From a virus, in the IMG/VR virus record IMGVR_UViG_3300016478_000096, positions 1 to 55,983 of that record: a stretch of 55,983 nucleotides of DNA, one strand, 5' to 3'. Position numbers and translations under genes: made by a program. The notes under the pieces are model-generated. The model was given only the letters and a program-made list of their open reading frames with translations. It was not told the DNA's origin and did not search any database. Positions 15,380-23,524 of this stretch are shown here, in pieces; position 1 is the stretch's first letter; the number at the start of each line of letters is the position of its first letter.

Positions 15380-16798
15380 TTACCTCCGCTGCGCCTCTTT
15401 TGCAGCCCTTGCGCGAAGAACATGTCGAGCCCAGAGGGCTGGCCTCTTCATTCCGCGCTGCATCCCAATCTTGATCAAATCAGCCTCGGTCTGCGACCTG
15501 CCCTGCTCCATCTTGCGGGCCTTGATCGCCTGGGCCTTGGCGGCGTCGGTGATCTCCTGCAGCTCCCCGTCCACCTCCTCGATCTCGCGCCCGACCGGCT
15601 CGAAGTGGTGGCCACAGGCGCAATCGGTGACGATGCTGGGCACGGTGGCAAAGCAGACCGGGCAGGTCTTGACCGGCACTTCGGACTTCTTGGCGCCCTT
15701 GCGCTTTTCTACGGCGGCCAGGGTCCACTCGCGTTTGTCGGTGGGCAGCCCGTGGCGCTTCACGTTGCCAGCATGGTCGAGGATGATGCAGTCCTCCTTG
15801 CCTGGATGCGTGCGCAGGCCACGGCCGACGGACTGCAAGTACTTGACGACCGACTGCGTTGGCGCGAGCTGGATGATGCAGCCAATCGACGGAGCGTCCA
15901 CACCGGCCACCCACAGCGCGCAGTTGCAGACCACATCGAGGCTGCCATCGCGCAGGCCCTGCAGGGCGGCGTCTCGCTCGACGGTGTCCGAGTCGCCGCT
16001 GATGGCAACAGCCCGGTACCCGGCTTGACGAAACTGCTCGGCCACGTTGGTGGCGTGCTCGACGGTCACGCAAAACGCCACGGCCGGGCGCCCGTGCGCC
16101 AGCTTGCGGTAGTGCGTGACAGCCGACCCGGTGATGACCGGCTTGTCCATCGCGGCGGCCAGCTCGCCCTGGTTGAAGTCGCCTGCAACTGTGTGCACAC
16201 CGGACAGGTCCGGCTCGCTGGGAGCGTAGTAGCGGATGGCGGCCAGCAGCTTCTCGTCGATCAGCTCTTGGGTGCCGCAGGTAAGGATCAGAATGTCGGC
16301 CACCTCACCCATGCCCCGGCCGTCCAGGCGGCAAGGCGTGCCGGTCAGGTGCAGCAGGTGAGTGCCCCCGGGCCGCTTGAACTTCGGGCCTGCGCCAGCC
16401 CACTCGAAGATGGTCTGGTAGGTGTTGGCCACTGCCAGGTGCGCCTCGTCCACGATGATCAGGTCCGGCGGCTCGAACTGGTCCAAGCGGCGCACCAGGG
16501 TCTGCACCATGGCGACCTGCACGGGCAGCTTGCGGTTGCCATCGCGGCCAGCGGCGATCCAGCCGTGGTCAATGCCCGCATCGGTCAGGCGGCTGCTGGT
16601 GTCGTTGAGGATTTCCTTGAGGTGCGCGATGAACCAGACGCGGTTGCCTTTGGCCAGGGCGCTGTGGATCATGCAGATGGCGGTTGCACTCTTGCCAAAA
16701 CCCGTGGGGGCTACCAGGATGGGCGCCTTGAAGCCGCGACGGTATGCGGCGCGCAGGTCGTCGATGGCTTTGGCTTGTCGGGGACGGGGGACAATCAT
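15380..16798 (-). CDS. SF2 DEAD/DEAH-box helicase (472 aa) with a C-terminal zinc ribbon.
   Basis: Walker A APTGFGKS and DEAH (IIVDEAHLA) are present, with a C-terminal CPVC...CACGH. ATG at 16798 (MIVPRPRQAKAIDDL) overlaps the upstream micro-ORF stop. Confidence 0.85.
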   Translation of the reverse strand: MIVPRPRQAKAIDDLRAAYRRGFKAPILVAPTGFGKSATAICMIHSALAKGNRVWFIAHLKEILNDTSSRLTDAGIDHGWIAAGRDGNRKLPVQVAMVQTLVRRLDQFEPPDLIIVDEAHLAVANTYQTIFEWAGAGPKFKRPGGTHLLHLTGTPCRLDGRGMGEVADILILTCGTQELIDEKLLAAIRYYAPSEPDLSGVHTVAGDFNQGELAAAMDKPVITGSAVTHYRKLAHGRPAVAFCVTVEHATNVAEQFRQAGYRAVAISGDSDTVERDAALQGLRDGSLDVVCNCALWVAGVDAPSIGCIIQLAPTQSVVKYLQSVGRGLRTHPGKEDCIILDHAGNVKRHGLPTDKREWTLAAVEKRKGAKKSEVPVKTCPVCFATVPSIVTDCACGHHFEPVGREIEEVDGELQEITDAAKAQAIKARKMEQGRSQTEADLIKIGMQRGMKRPALWARHVLRARAAKEAQRR

Positions 16799-16899
16799 CG
16801 GTGCTCCCTGTAGTACCAGGCAGACAGCCTGGCCGCGACGTAAATGCCGGACCAGAACGCGCAGAAACCGACCAGCATGGCGGTGGCGGTGCAGCTCAT
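16795..16899 (-). CDS. Hypothetical 34-aa membrane peptide.
   Basis: Hand translation gives MSCTATAMLVGFCAFWSGIYVAARLSAWYYREHR. ATGA overlaps at both ends. Confidence 0.5.
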   Translation of the reverse strand: MSCTATAMLVGFCAFWSGIYVAARLSAWYYREHR

Positions 16900-17216
16900 C
16901 GATTGGCCTCCGGCTTGATCCAGCTCTGCGAGTCTGTGCGCCGCCAGGTGGCTTGCTCGATCGCTTTGAGGTCTTGCAGGACCTCGCGTTGCACCAACTC
17001 CAAGCCACGCACTTGCAGGTAGTTCTCGATCACGTTGAAACGGTTTTTCTCAAACATGAATTTCGGCTTGCGATGCAGGCGCATTCGGAAACGATAGGTT
17101 GTGGCGCTGTGGCTGGCGAAGTCGTACCAAGCCCATAGCAGCATGAAGCCGCCGGGCGTGAATCGAAAGTTCAGGCCAATATGGATGTGCTCGCCTTCGC
17201 GTGTGTAGTGGATCAT
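16896..17216 (-). CDS. Hypothetical protein (106 aa).
   Basis: ATG at 17216 (MIHYTREGEH) overlaps the upstream stop (ATGA). Confidence 0.65.
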   Translation of the reverse strand: MIHYTREGEHIHIGLNFRFTPGGFMLLWAWYDFASHSATTYRFRMRLHRKPKFMFEKNRFNVIENYLQVRGLELVQREVLQDLKAIEQATWRRTDSQSWIKPEANR

Positions 17217-17371
17217 TCGTCGTCCTCCTCTTGGTGGTTCTGGATCAGCTGGGCCTTGACCAGGTCCAGGCATCCGAGCGCTGTCGGCAGCAGCATGGTT
17301 TCTTCGTAGCGGTGGACGACGGCGAGCAACTCGTCGACCAGGGCTTGGGTGATGGCGCCGTGGTAGTTCAT
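17213..17371 (-). CDS. Hypothetical 52-aa acidic-tailed protein.
   Basis: Hand translation gives MNYHGAITQALVDELLAVVHRYEETMLLPTALGCLDLVKAQLIQNHQEEDDE. ATGA overlaps at both ends. Confidence 0.55.
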   Translation of the reverse strand: MNYHGAITQALVDELLAVVHRYEETMLLPTALGCLDLVKAQLIQNHQEEDDE

Positions 17372-17499
17372 GGTTCCACCCCCCTACGAACCGCGATCAG
17401 CGCGCCGGATTTCAGCCTTTTGCCAAGCGCAAGTTTGATCAGGTCGAGCAAGCTGAACTCGACAACGTCGTATCGAAACGGTGACACGGTCAGTTTCAT
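17368..17499 (-). CDS. Hypothetical 43-aa protein.
   Basis: ATG at 17499 overlaps the upstream stop. GAGAGGAA lies about 8 nt upstream. Confidence 0.5.
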   Translation of the reverse strand: MKLTVSPFRYDVVEFSLLDLIKLALGKRLKSGALIAVRRGVEP

Positions 17500-17744
17500 T
17501 TCGGATTCCTCTCGTTGTATCGGTACCACCAGGAGGCGTAGGCCTCTTTCTGGTCCAAGCCAAGGCCCATCGAGCCGCCGCCTCGGCAGAACCAAACCTC
17601 GCGCTTGTAGAGGATGGAGTATTCGAGGCTGAGGCGTGGTTTTACCGGGTGTGGCTTCATGGCTGGTTTTCTTGCTGGCGGCAGTTGCTCGAGCGCGGCC
17701 ATCAAGTTGCGGAAGCGTTGCTTGGCGTCAACGAGTGCAGTCAT
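17496..17744 (-). CDS. Hypothetical protein (82 aa).
   Basis: ATG at 17744 (MTALVDAKQRF) with an ATGA overlap. Confidence 0.6.
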   Translation of the reverse strand: MTALVDAKQRFRNLMAALEQLPPARKPAMKPHPVKPRLSLEYSILYKREVWFCRGGGSMGLGLDQKEAYASWWYRYNERNPK

Positions 17745-17980
17745 GCTTGCCCCCTCATCATCTTCCACAACACCGGCGCTGGACGCCTGCTCACAGCACG
17801 CTTTCGGCCACGCATGCCTCTGGCCTTGCGGATGGGTGGTCGCCACATCAGGTTGCGGAATATCGCGGGCGGCACGATGAGGTGCTTTGGAATGAGCGAA
17901 ATGCGTTCCCCAACTTCGTCGATGTGTCCCGTCAAATTCAAAAGCAACCGCTCAAGGCTTTCCTCGGTGAGTGCAGTCAT
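17741..17980 (-). CDS. Hypothetical protein (79 aa).
   Basis: ATG at 17980 (MTALTEESLERLL) with an ATGA overlap. Confidence 0.6.
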   Translation of the reverse strand: MTALTEESLERLLLNLTGHIDEVGERISLIPKHLIVPPAIFRNLMWRPPIRKARGMRGRKRAVSRRPAPVLWKMMRGQA

Positions 17981-18258
17981 GATTCCCCCCTCGCCTTGAT
18001 AGCCGCGATGCATTCCTGGGCCTGCCAGTCTGTGGCGTACCTCTTCATGTAATATTTGGCTGCGATCTGCTCGCACGCTTTCAGGCATCCATCGCGCTCC
18101 ATCGCGGCGATCTTTGCGACCAGGATCCTGGCAATTCGAATCTCGTCCTGCAGGTCAACGCCCATGCGGTAGTTGCAGATTTGCCCGTCTGAGGTTCTGA
18201 GGTTGTGCACCTCGATCAGGAACTGCTCGACGGGGTCGGTGCTTTCAAAGCTCACCAT
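17977..18258 (-). CDS. Hypothetical protein (93 aa) ending in the ...CIAAIKARGES motif.
   Basis: ATG at 18258 overlaps the stop of the 42-aa ORF. The C-terminal motif is shared with the 23908 and 29798 genes. Confidence 0.6.
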   Translation of the reverse strand: MVSFESTDPVEQFLIEVHNLRTSDGQICNYRMGVDLQDEIRIARILVAKIAAMERDGCLKACEQIAAKYYMKRYATDWQAQECIAAIKARGES

Positions 18259-18380
18259 GGCGCATCCTCCGCATCGTTGAGTTGCTTGCGCTTGTACGCA
18301 TCCTCTTGCGCAGGGGTCCACGGCACGGGGCCGGTGGGCGGGGGGAATGGCCAGGTGGCCGGTTTCATTGTCAGGCTCAT
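18252..18380 (-). CDS. Hypothetical 42-aa proline-rich protein.
   Basis: Hand translation gives MSLTMKPATWPFPPPTGPVPWTPAQEDAYKRKQLNDAEDAPW. A strong SD (GGAGG) lies 5 nt upstream of the ATG at 18380. Confidence 0.6.
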   Translation of the reverse strand: MSLTMKPATWPFPPPTGPVPWTPAQEDAYKRKQLNDAEDAPW

Positions 18381-18404
18381 ACAGCCCTCCGTTAGTTTCC
18401 AGGC

Positions 18405-18644
18405 TCACGCCCGGTGTTTGCACCCTTCACATTTTTGATCAGCCTGGCCAAGTGATGTGCGGGTGTAGTTGCACTCGGCAGACATGCGAAACGGGCTGGG
18501 AACCATCTTGGCCACGCGGGTCTGGCCATCCATCCACCAGCCGTCTTGCACAGGAAGCATGTTGCGATACTGTGGGCGATTAAAGCAACCATAATTTTTC
18601 ACGGTTTGTGGGTGGTTGCTGTAACCGTGGCTTTTATGGGTCAC
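18405..18644 (-). CDS. Hypothetical Cys-containing protein (79 aa).
   Basis: ORF in the operon series. Its start overlaps the upstream stop. Confidence 0.6.
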   Translation of the reverse strand: MTHKSHGYSNHPQTVKNYGCFNRPQYRNMLPVQDGWWMDGQTRVAKMVPSPFRMSAECNYTRTSLGQADQKCEGCKHRA

Positions 18645-18832
18645 GAAATCCTCGCCTGTTTTGATCGGTACATGAAGCAGGTCGGACCCGGCACGCGCTC
18701 CAGGAGCCCTGCCCGAATGAGGCGCCCCAGGCTGCCATTCACGCGCCTGGCGCCGACGCGTGCGGCAATGTCTCGCGGCAGCTCGTAGCGTGCGTGCGAG
18801 ATCACGGCCAGCAGCATCCGGTCGGTGACCAT
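18641..18832 (-). CDS. Small winged-helix-like DNA-binding protein (63 aa).
   Basis: LPRDIAARVGARRVNGSLGRLIRAGLLERV resembles a MarR-type wHTH. ATG at 18832 overlaps the Cro-like stop (ATGA). Confidence 0.5.
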   Translation of the reverse strand: MVTDRMLLAVISHARYELPRDIAARVGARRVNGSLGRLIRAGLLERVPGPTCFMYRSKQARIS

Positions 18833-19098
18833 CAGACGGCCCAATCCTCAGCGGTGCGCAAGATCAGGTCCTCGGCCGTGAGTGAAAGCCCGCGAGCCTG
18901 GGCGATGGCCAGAATGCGGCCCTGCAAGGCGGACGGAACGGCGCCAGCGCTGCCGCCCTCGTCCTTGGGCTTGCGCCAGCGCACCACGGAGCTGGGATTT
19001 CGCTCCAGGGCGCGGGCCAAGGCGCGTACCCCACCGAAGGCGTCGATGCACTTGTCTGCGGGGGTTTCCAGGGCTGGATCTTTGGTTTCTGCGGTCAT
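18832..19098 (-). CDS. Cro/YdaS-like HTH regulator (88 aa), first gene of the leftward arm.
   Basis: GGVRALARALERNPSSVVRWRK is an HTH. ATG at 19098 has no SD but a -10-like TACACT 8 nt upstream. Confidence 0.65.
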   Translation of the reverse strand: MTAETKDPALETPADKCIDAFGGVRALARALERNPSSVVRWRKPKDEGGSAGAVPSALQGRILAIAQARGLSLTAEDLILRTAEDWAV

Positions 19099-19226
19099 GG
19101 CGGGGGAGTGTAGCGTAAAAAGCAACACTCAACCAAAAATATCTTAAAATAACCCACGCAAACCACTTGCAGCCCACGCGAAACCTCGCCATGATGGAGT
19201 TATTGCAACACCAAACGGAGAACGCG
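19099..19226. promoter_or_regulatory. Divergent early control region (promoters and operator-like repeats).
   Basis: The only strand switch of the divergent type, and AT-rich. Direct repeats CCCACGCAAACC (19153-19164) and CCCACGCGAAACC (19173-19185). GCAACAC occurs at 19122 and 19205. Hexamer candidates are TTGCAG-17-CATGAT (plus) and TTGGTT-18-TACACT (minus). Confidence 0.55.
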
Positions 19227-19406
19227 ATGACCCAAACAGAGACAACCGGCGCGGCCCGCATCGGGCGCGGCACCAAGCTGCACCCGGCGGTCAAAGACCC
19301 GGTCTACGGCCTGATCATCCGCTGTCGCTGCCCAGGCACGCAGCAGGGCGGCGCCTACCACCGCGCACAATTTTTCACCGGCCTCACGGCCACCTGCCGC
19401 AAGTGA
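19227..19406 (+). CDS. Hypothetical protein (59 aa), first gene of the rightward arm.
   Basis: ATG at 19227 with GGAG 7 nt upstream. Confidence 0.6.
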   Translation: MTQTETTGAARIGRGTKLHPAVKDPVYGLIIRCRCPGTQQGGAYHRAQFFTGLTATCRK

Positions 19407-19413
19407 GAGCGGC

Positions 19414-19725
19414 ATGAGCAACCTTCACCCCATCATGCAACAGGCCCTGGCCCCATTCCTGGGGGCCACTTTTCACCAAGGAGAAGACATGGAAATCGAG
19501 ACACGCGTCGCAGGCATTCCCTGCATCGCCAGAGTGACGCACTACTTTCGCCAGGCCCCTCTGGGCCCCATGGCGGACAGCGACTGGGACTGTTACGGCT
19601 ACACCGAGTGCGAGTTTGACATCCTCGACCGGCGCGGCCGCCCCGCCCCCTGGCTGGAGCGCAAGGCCACCGACGATGATCGCCAGCGCATCGAGCAAGA
19701 AATCACTGACCAACTGGAGGACTGA
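19414..19725 (+). CDS. Hypothetical protein (103 aa).
   Basis: ATG at 19414. Tightly packed in the early operon. Confidence 0.7.
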   Translation: MSNLHPIMQQALAPFLGATFHQGEDMEIETRVAGIPCIARVTHYFRQAPLGPMADSDWDCYGYTECEFDILDRRGRPAPWLERKATDDDRQRIEQEITDQLED

Positions 19726-19728
19726 CCC

Positions 19729-19911
19729 ATGAGCACCAAGAAAACCAAACCAGAACTGACACCCCCGCCGAAGCGCGAGATTTTTGACCGTCCCATCTAC
19801 GACGGCAAGGAGCTGCGCCGCAATCCTGGCATCGCCGACGAACGGTTCCGCGCCTACGAGCTGCCCAGCCTGCAGGGCGGACGCCTGATCTACCCCAAGG
19901 AGCAAGCATGA
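19729..19911 (+). CDS. Hypothetical protein (60 aa).
   Basis: GGAGG lies upstream of the ATG at 19729. Confidence 0.6.
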   Translation: MSTKKTKPELTPPPKREIFDRPIYDGKELRRNPGIADERFRAYELPSLQGGRLIYPKEQA

Positions 19912-20162
19912 ACACGAAGCTCCTGATCACCGCCCGCCGACTCTGGTGCGTGGGCCACGCCGACCGGGCCACGCAGCGGTCCAACATGCGCAAGTGGGTG
20001 CGCTCGGTGCGCCTGCTCGGCAGCCGATGGATCATGGCCGCGCCCGAGCCCAAGCTGGCCACACCGATCGCCGACGGCAAGCTCTCCAGCCTGGTGCTGC
20101 CCTTCCCCCTGCGCACGCCGCGCAGCCTGCACGAGGCCTACGAGGCGCGGAGGCAGGCATGA
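19908..20162 (+). CDS. Hypothetical protein (84 aa).
   Basis: ATGA overlap with the upstream gene. Confidence 0.6.
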   Translation: MNTKLLITARRLWCVGHADRATQRSNMRKWVRSVRLLGSRWIMAAPEPKLATPIADGKLSSLVLPFPLRTPRSLHEAYEARRQA

Positions 20163-20536
20163 GCGAAACAGCCGAGCGCATGGCCTACACGTGCACCAGG
20201 TGCAACGGCACGGGCCGGTTTTCGTTCAGCCTGCAGCATGGAACTATGTGTTACGGATGCAGGGGCACGGGCAAGCAGTACACCAAACCTCGCGCGCCCA
20301 CACCGAAGTGGGCCGTGTTTGGCCAGCACCGCGAGACGGGCGAGTGGCTGCGGCTCTACAACGTGGTGGCGCGCTCAAAAAACGCAGCCATTGAACGCGC
20401 CCAAAACATGTACGCCCAGGCCAGCACGACCTGGAAAGACACCTACACCCTGGCTGAAGCTAGGGCCCTTAAATGGTCCGACATGGCCAGCCTTGATGCG
20501 CTGAGCTGGGCCGATGCAACGAAGGAGAGCACATGA
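20159..20536 (+). CDS. DnaJ-type zinc-finger protein (125 aa).
   Basis: Two CxxCxGxG units (CTRCNGTG and CYGCRGTG). ATG at 20159 overlaps the upstream stop. Confidence 0.6.
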   Translation: MSETAERMAYTCTRCNGTGRFSFSLQHGTMCYGCRGTGKQYTKPRAPTPKWAVFGQHRETGEWLRLYNVVARSKNAAIERAQNMYAQASTTWKDTYTLAEARALKWSDMASLDALSWADATKEST

Positions 20537-21027
20537 AAATCATCGAAAAGTTTGAGCAGTCGCTCAAGAGCAAGCGAGACGCGATCGCGCACCTGGAGGA
20601 TCTGAAACCCAAGTTCGAGCGCCTGGGCAAGGTCACGCGAATCATCGAGAAGTTCGCGCCGGTCAGCTACGTTTTCCTGGACACCCGGGTGATCATCCGG
20701 GTCGACGTCAAAACGATCAAAGAGGTCGAGCCCGTCCTGGAGGTCTTGACCGAAGAGCTGGGCGCCGAGTTTGACCGCACGCGCGACGAGGCAAACTTTG
20801 GTTGGCGCGAGTTCAGCTCCAGTAATGTGCCTTGGCTGCGCGTTGACGCAGAGCTCAAAGGCGAAGGCCCCGAGTGCCGCCGCGTGATCGTGGGTTACGA
20901 GCAGAAACCGGTCTACGAGATCAGATGCGGCGATGAGGCGGCAGCGCCAGATGCAGCGCCGCCGATGGAGCCAGAAGTGCCGACTGAGCCCACCGCGCCC
21001 ACCACAGACGAAGGAGTGCCATTCTGA
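20533..21027 (+). CDS. Hypothetical protein (164 aa).
   Basis: GAAGGAG SD; ATGA overlap. Confidence 0.7.
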   Translation: MKIIEKFEQSLKSKRDAIAHLEDLKPKFERLGKVTRIIEKFAPVSYVFLDTRVIIRVDVKTIKEVEPVLEVLTEELGAEFDRTRDEANFGWREFSSSNVPWLRVDAELKGEGPECRRVIVGYEQKPVYEIRCGDEAAAPDAAPPMEPEVPTEPTAPTTDEGVPF

Positions 21028-21287
21028 TGAACGACTTAGATATCTGGGCTTTCCCCAGCCACGGCAGCATGGGTGAAGTTGTGCAGGAAGGCATGACCCT
21101 GCGCGACTACCTTGCCGCTCGAGCTTCAGAGGAGGATATTCAGCGCCATTTGACAGGAATGGTGAAAGTGATTGTTGGGCAAAACGAAAAAGGCCCAATT
21201 TACGAATACCAACAAGCGTTTCGAAGCCGAGAGCAAGCTCGATACCGTTGGGCCGACGCCATGTTGGAAGCCAGGAGAAATACATGA
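21027..21287 (+). CDS. Hypothetical protein (86 aa).
   Basis: TGATG overlap with the upstream stop. Confidence 0.65.
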   Translation: MNDLDIWAFPSHGSMGEVVQEGMTLRDYLAARASEEDIQRHLTGMVKVIVGQNEKGPIYEYQQAFRSREQARYRWADAMLEARRNT

Positions 21288-21484
21288 CCCCCACCATGCA
21301 CCTACGTTTCATTGAGCGCCTGGAGATTGTTTACAGCGCGCCCGGGGACGAATTGTCAACCGCAAGAAAAGTCCGTGTCCTGCAGCAATTTTGGGAGCAT
21401 CCAAACGGCAAAGAGGCGGCTGGCGACATGTTCCGCATCGTTATGGGCACGTGGCGCGACGTTCCCCTGGAGACCAAGCCATGA
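21284..21484 (+). CDS. Hypothetical protein (66 aa).
   Basis: ATG at 21284 with an ATGA overlap. Confidence 0.6.
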   Translation: MTPTMHLRFIERLEIVYSAPGDELSTARKVRVLQQFWEHPNGKEAAGDMFRIVMGTWRDVPLETKP

Positions 21485-21810
21485 CGCCCCAAGAGATGCT
21501 CCACATGATGCTCAACGAGGCAATGACTAAGGGCACCAGCGTGATGCGCATGACGCACGACGATAAGGGCAACATCACCCAGGAGTTGGTCGACCCTTAT
21601 GAGCAGATCGGCCACGACATGAACGAAGTCGCCCAACGCTTCGCCCACCGCCTGGCGCTGGACCTCGAATGCGTCCTGGCACGCTACAGCGGCCCTTGGT
21701 ACGACGAGGCGATGCAAACGCTGGGCGACTACCGAGCCGCCATGAATGAGCTGCACGAGAAACAGGCGCCCACGTTCATGGGCGAGCCGCTGGTGAGGGA
21801 CGACAAATGA
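21481..21810 (+). CDS. Hypothetical protein (109 aa).
   Basis: ATG at 21481 with an ATGA overlap. Confidence 0.65.
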   Translation: MTPQEMLHMMLNEAMTKGTSVMRMTHDDKGNITQELVDPYEQIGHDMNEVAQRFAHRLALDLECVLARYSGPWYDEAMQTLGDYRAAMNELHEKQAPTFMGEPLVRDDK

Positions 21811-21995
21811 CGCCAAGCGAAACAAAGGCCACGATCTACCAGGACAACGGCAAAACTTACGCCGAGTTGTGGCGCGAGGGTGGCCTGCTCAAAATGGCGA
21901 TTTTTGCCCGCATGCCAGGCGTCGTGATTCACCTGGACGAGCGGGTTATTCCACAACTGATCGAGGCCCTGCAAGGCCTCCAGGACAAACAATGA
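21807..21995 (+). CDS. Hypothetical protein (62 aa).
   Basis: ATGA overlap. Confidence 0.6.
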   Translation: MTPSETKATIYQDNGKTYAELWREGGLLKMAIFARMPGVVIHLDERVIPQLIEALQGLQDKQ

Positions 21996-22126
21996 AGTAC
22001 TGCAACGAATGCAACCGCGATCGCCTGCCAGGTGGTGGCATTTTTCTCACGGCCACGCGCTGGATCTGCGCCGAGTGCTGGCTTAAGTTTGTGCAAGGAC
22101 GGCGCAGCGTAAAGGAGACAGCGTGA
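21992..22126 (+). CDS. Hypothetical 44-aa zinc-ribbon peptide.
   Basis: MKYCNECNRD...WICAECW contains two CxxC pairs. ATGA overlap at its start. Confidence 0.55.
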   Translation: MKYCNECNRDRLPGGGIFLTATRWICAECWLKFVQGRRSVKETA

Positions 22127-22362
22127 TGTACACCCCAGAAGATTCCCCGTTTGAAAAGTTCCGCACCGAGAAGCTCAAGGGCGTGGCCATGTCGCCAGAC
22201 GTCCGCGAGCTGGTGGCGCTGGCCTACGAGTCCGGCTTCATCGACGGCATGCAAAAGCAGATGCAGTCCAGCGTGGACCGGGCTGTGAACCGTATGACAG
22301 CCATTCCGGTGCCACGCTACAACCCAGAAATGACCGCGTTTAAAACAGGAGACGAAGCATGA
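22126..22362 (+). CDS. Hypothetical protein (78 aa).
   Basis: ATG at 22126 with AGGAG 8 nt upstream; TGATG overlap. Confidence 0.6.
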   Translation: MYTPEDSPFEKFRTEKLKGVAMSPDVRELVALAYESGFIDGMQKQMQSSVDRAVNRMTAIPVPRYNPEMTAFKTGDEA

Positions 22363-22814
22363 AAGACGAAGACTGCGAAGACCGCGCCCAGGAGCAGCTG
22401 GCATCACTCAAGCGCGACATGCGCAAAACGATGGAGGATGCAACGGTGCGCGCAATGCACAAGGTGATGGCTGAGTTTGAGGCCAAGTCAGACGAGCGGC
22501 TGATGGAAAACGCGCAAGGCGACTTGGAACGCATCAAACTTGTGCGGACTGGTGTTGGTATAGAAAAGCCAAAGCAGGAGCCTGTGGCAACACTATGGCA
22601 ACAAGGCGAGACAGGACGCACCCGCATCACCACACCAGACAGCATCACGGACTGTGACGCTCGTTGGTTCAAAGTATCCGACCTCTACACCCACCCACAA
22701 GATCAAAATAAAGATGAGGCTTTGAGGTTGGCATTGGAGGCTTTGAAAGACGTTGGATATGCAGCGCATAAAAGTCTAATCACCTTAATTGAACAAGCAT
22801 TGGAGAACAAATGA
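22359..22814 (+). CDS. Hypothetical protein (151 aa) carrying a KPKQEPVA module.
   Basis: ATGA overlap. Lies in a low-G+C island. Confidence 0.65.
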   Translation: MKDEDCEDRAQEQLASLKRDMRKTMEDATVRAMHKVMAEFEAKSDERLMENAQGDLERIKLVRTGVGIEKPKQEPVATLWQQGETGRTRITTPDSITDCDARWFKVSDLYTHPQDQNKDEALRLALEALKDVGYAAHKSLITLIEQALENK

Positions 22815-23524
22815 CTGAACATGAAGCATTGAAGCAGTTGATTGAGGACGTTATCAGCATGATGGAATATCACGTTGAGCAAACACGACCCATTCACGAA
22901 ACTACCGTTGCCTTGCAAGCTGCAAAAGACGCCCTCAAGTCTATGGACAAAGCCTTGGCACAGCCAGAGCAGGAGCCGCAGAAAGGTGGATGCACATGGT
23001 GCGGCGGTGATTGCCCGCAATTTGAGTGCGACACACACAGCACTTGGATGAACGAGCCCGTGATTCGGCGTGACTTGCCACCACAACCCAAAGAGCCAGA
23101 GCAGGAGCCTGTGGCGTGGGCAACACAAATGGGTGAGTACGCACACATTCATTGGGGTGCAAAGCGTCCTGAATATCCGATGGTGTACGAGGTTCCTCTC
23201 TACACATCCCCACAGCCAGCTATTCAGCAAGGCTGGGACGTTGACGATCTTCTAAACAGGCCAAAGCAGCCAGCACAGCAGGAGCCGGTGGCGTTGGAAA
23301 CCGTCTACGAAACCATCATTCAATGGGACGAAGGTGGCGGCAAGCGAAGCCGCAGGGAGTTGGCAAGGCGCATCGTCGCCCTTTACACCACCCCACCACA
23401 GCGCACATGGGTTGGGCTGACGGAAGAGGATAAGCAGATTGCCTTTGATGACACCCAAGAAGGCGGTGGCTTTTGGGAATTCGCTGATGCAATCGAGGCC
23501 AAACTCAAGGAGAAGAACACATGA
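22811..23524 (+). CDS. Hypothetical modular protein (237 aa): two QEPVA modules plus a WVGLT...EAKLKEKN tail.
   Basis: ATGA overlaps. Internal repeats EPEQEPVAW and PAQQEPVAL. Confidence 0.7.
   Translation: MTEHEALKQLIEDVISMMEYHVEQTRPIHETTVALQAAKDALKSMDKALAQPEQEPQKGGCTWCGGDCPQFECDTHSTWMNEPVIRRDLPPQPKEPEQEPVAWATQMGEYAHIHWGAKRPEYPMVYEVPLYTSPQPAIQQGWDVDDLLNRPKQPAQQEPVALETVYETIIQWDEGGGKRSRRELARRIVALYTTPPQRTWVGLTEEDKQIAFDDTQEGGGFWEFADAIEAKLKEKNT

Noticed and set aside
15299-16813. 504-aa plus-strand ORF opposite the DEAH helicase, and the minus-strand alternative frames 15480-16073.
   Set aside because: The helicase frame contains Walker A, DEAH and SF2 C-terminal motifs. The alternatives are R/G/A-rich and lack motifs.
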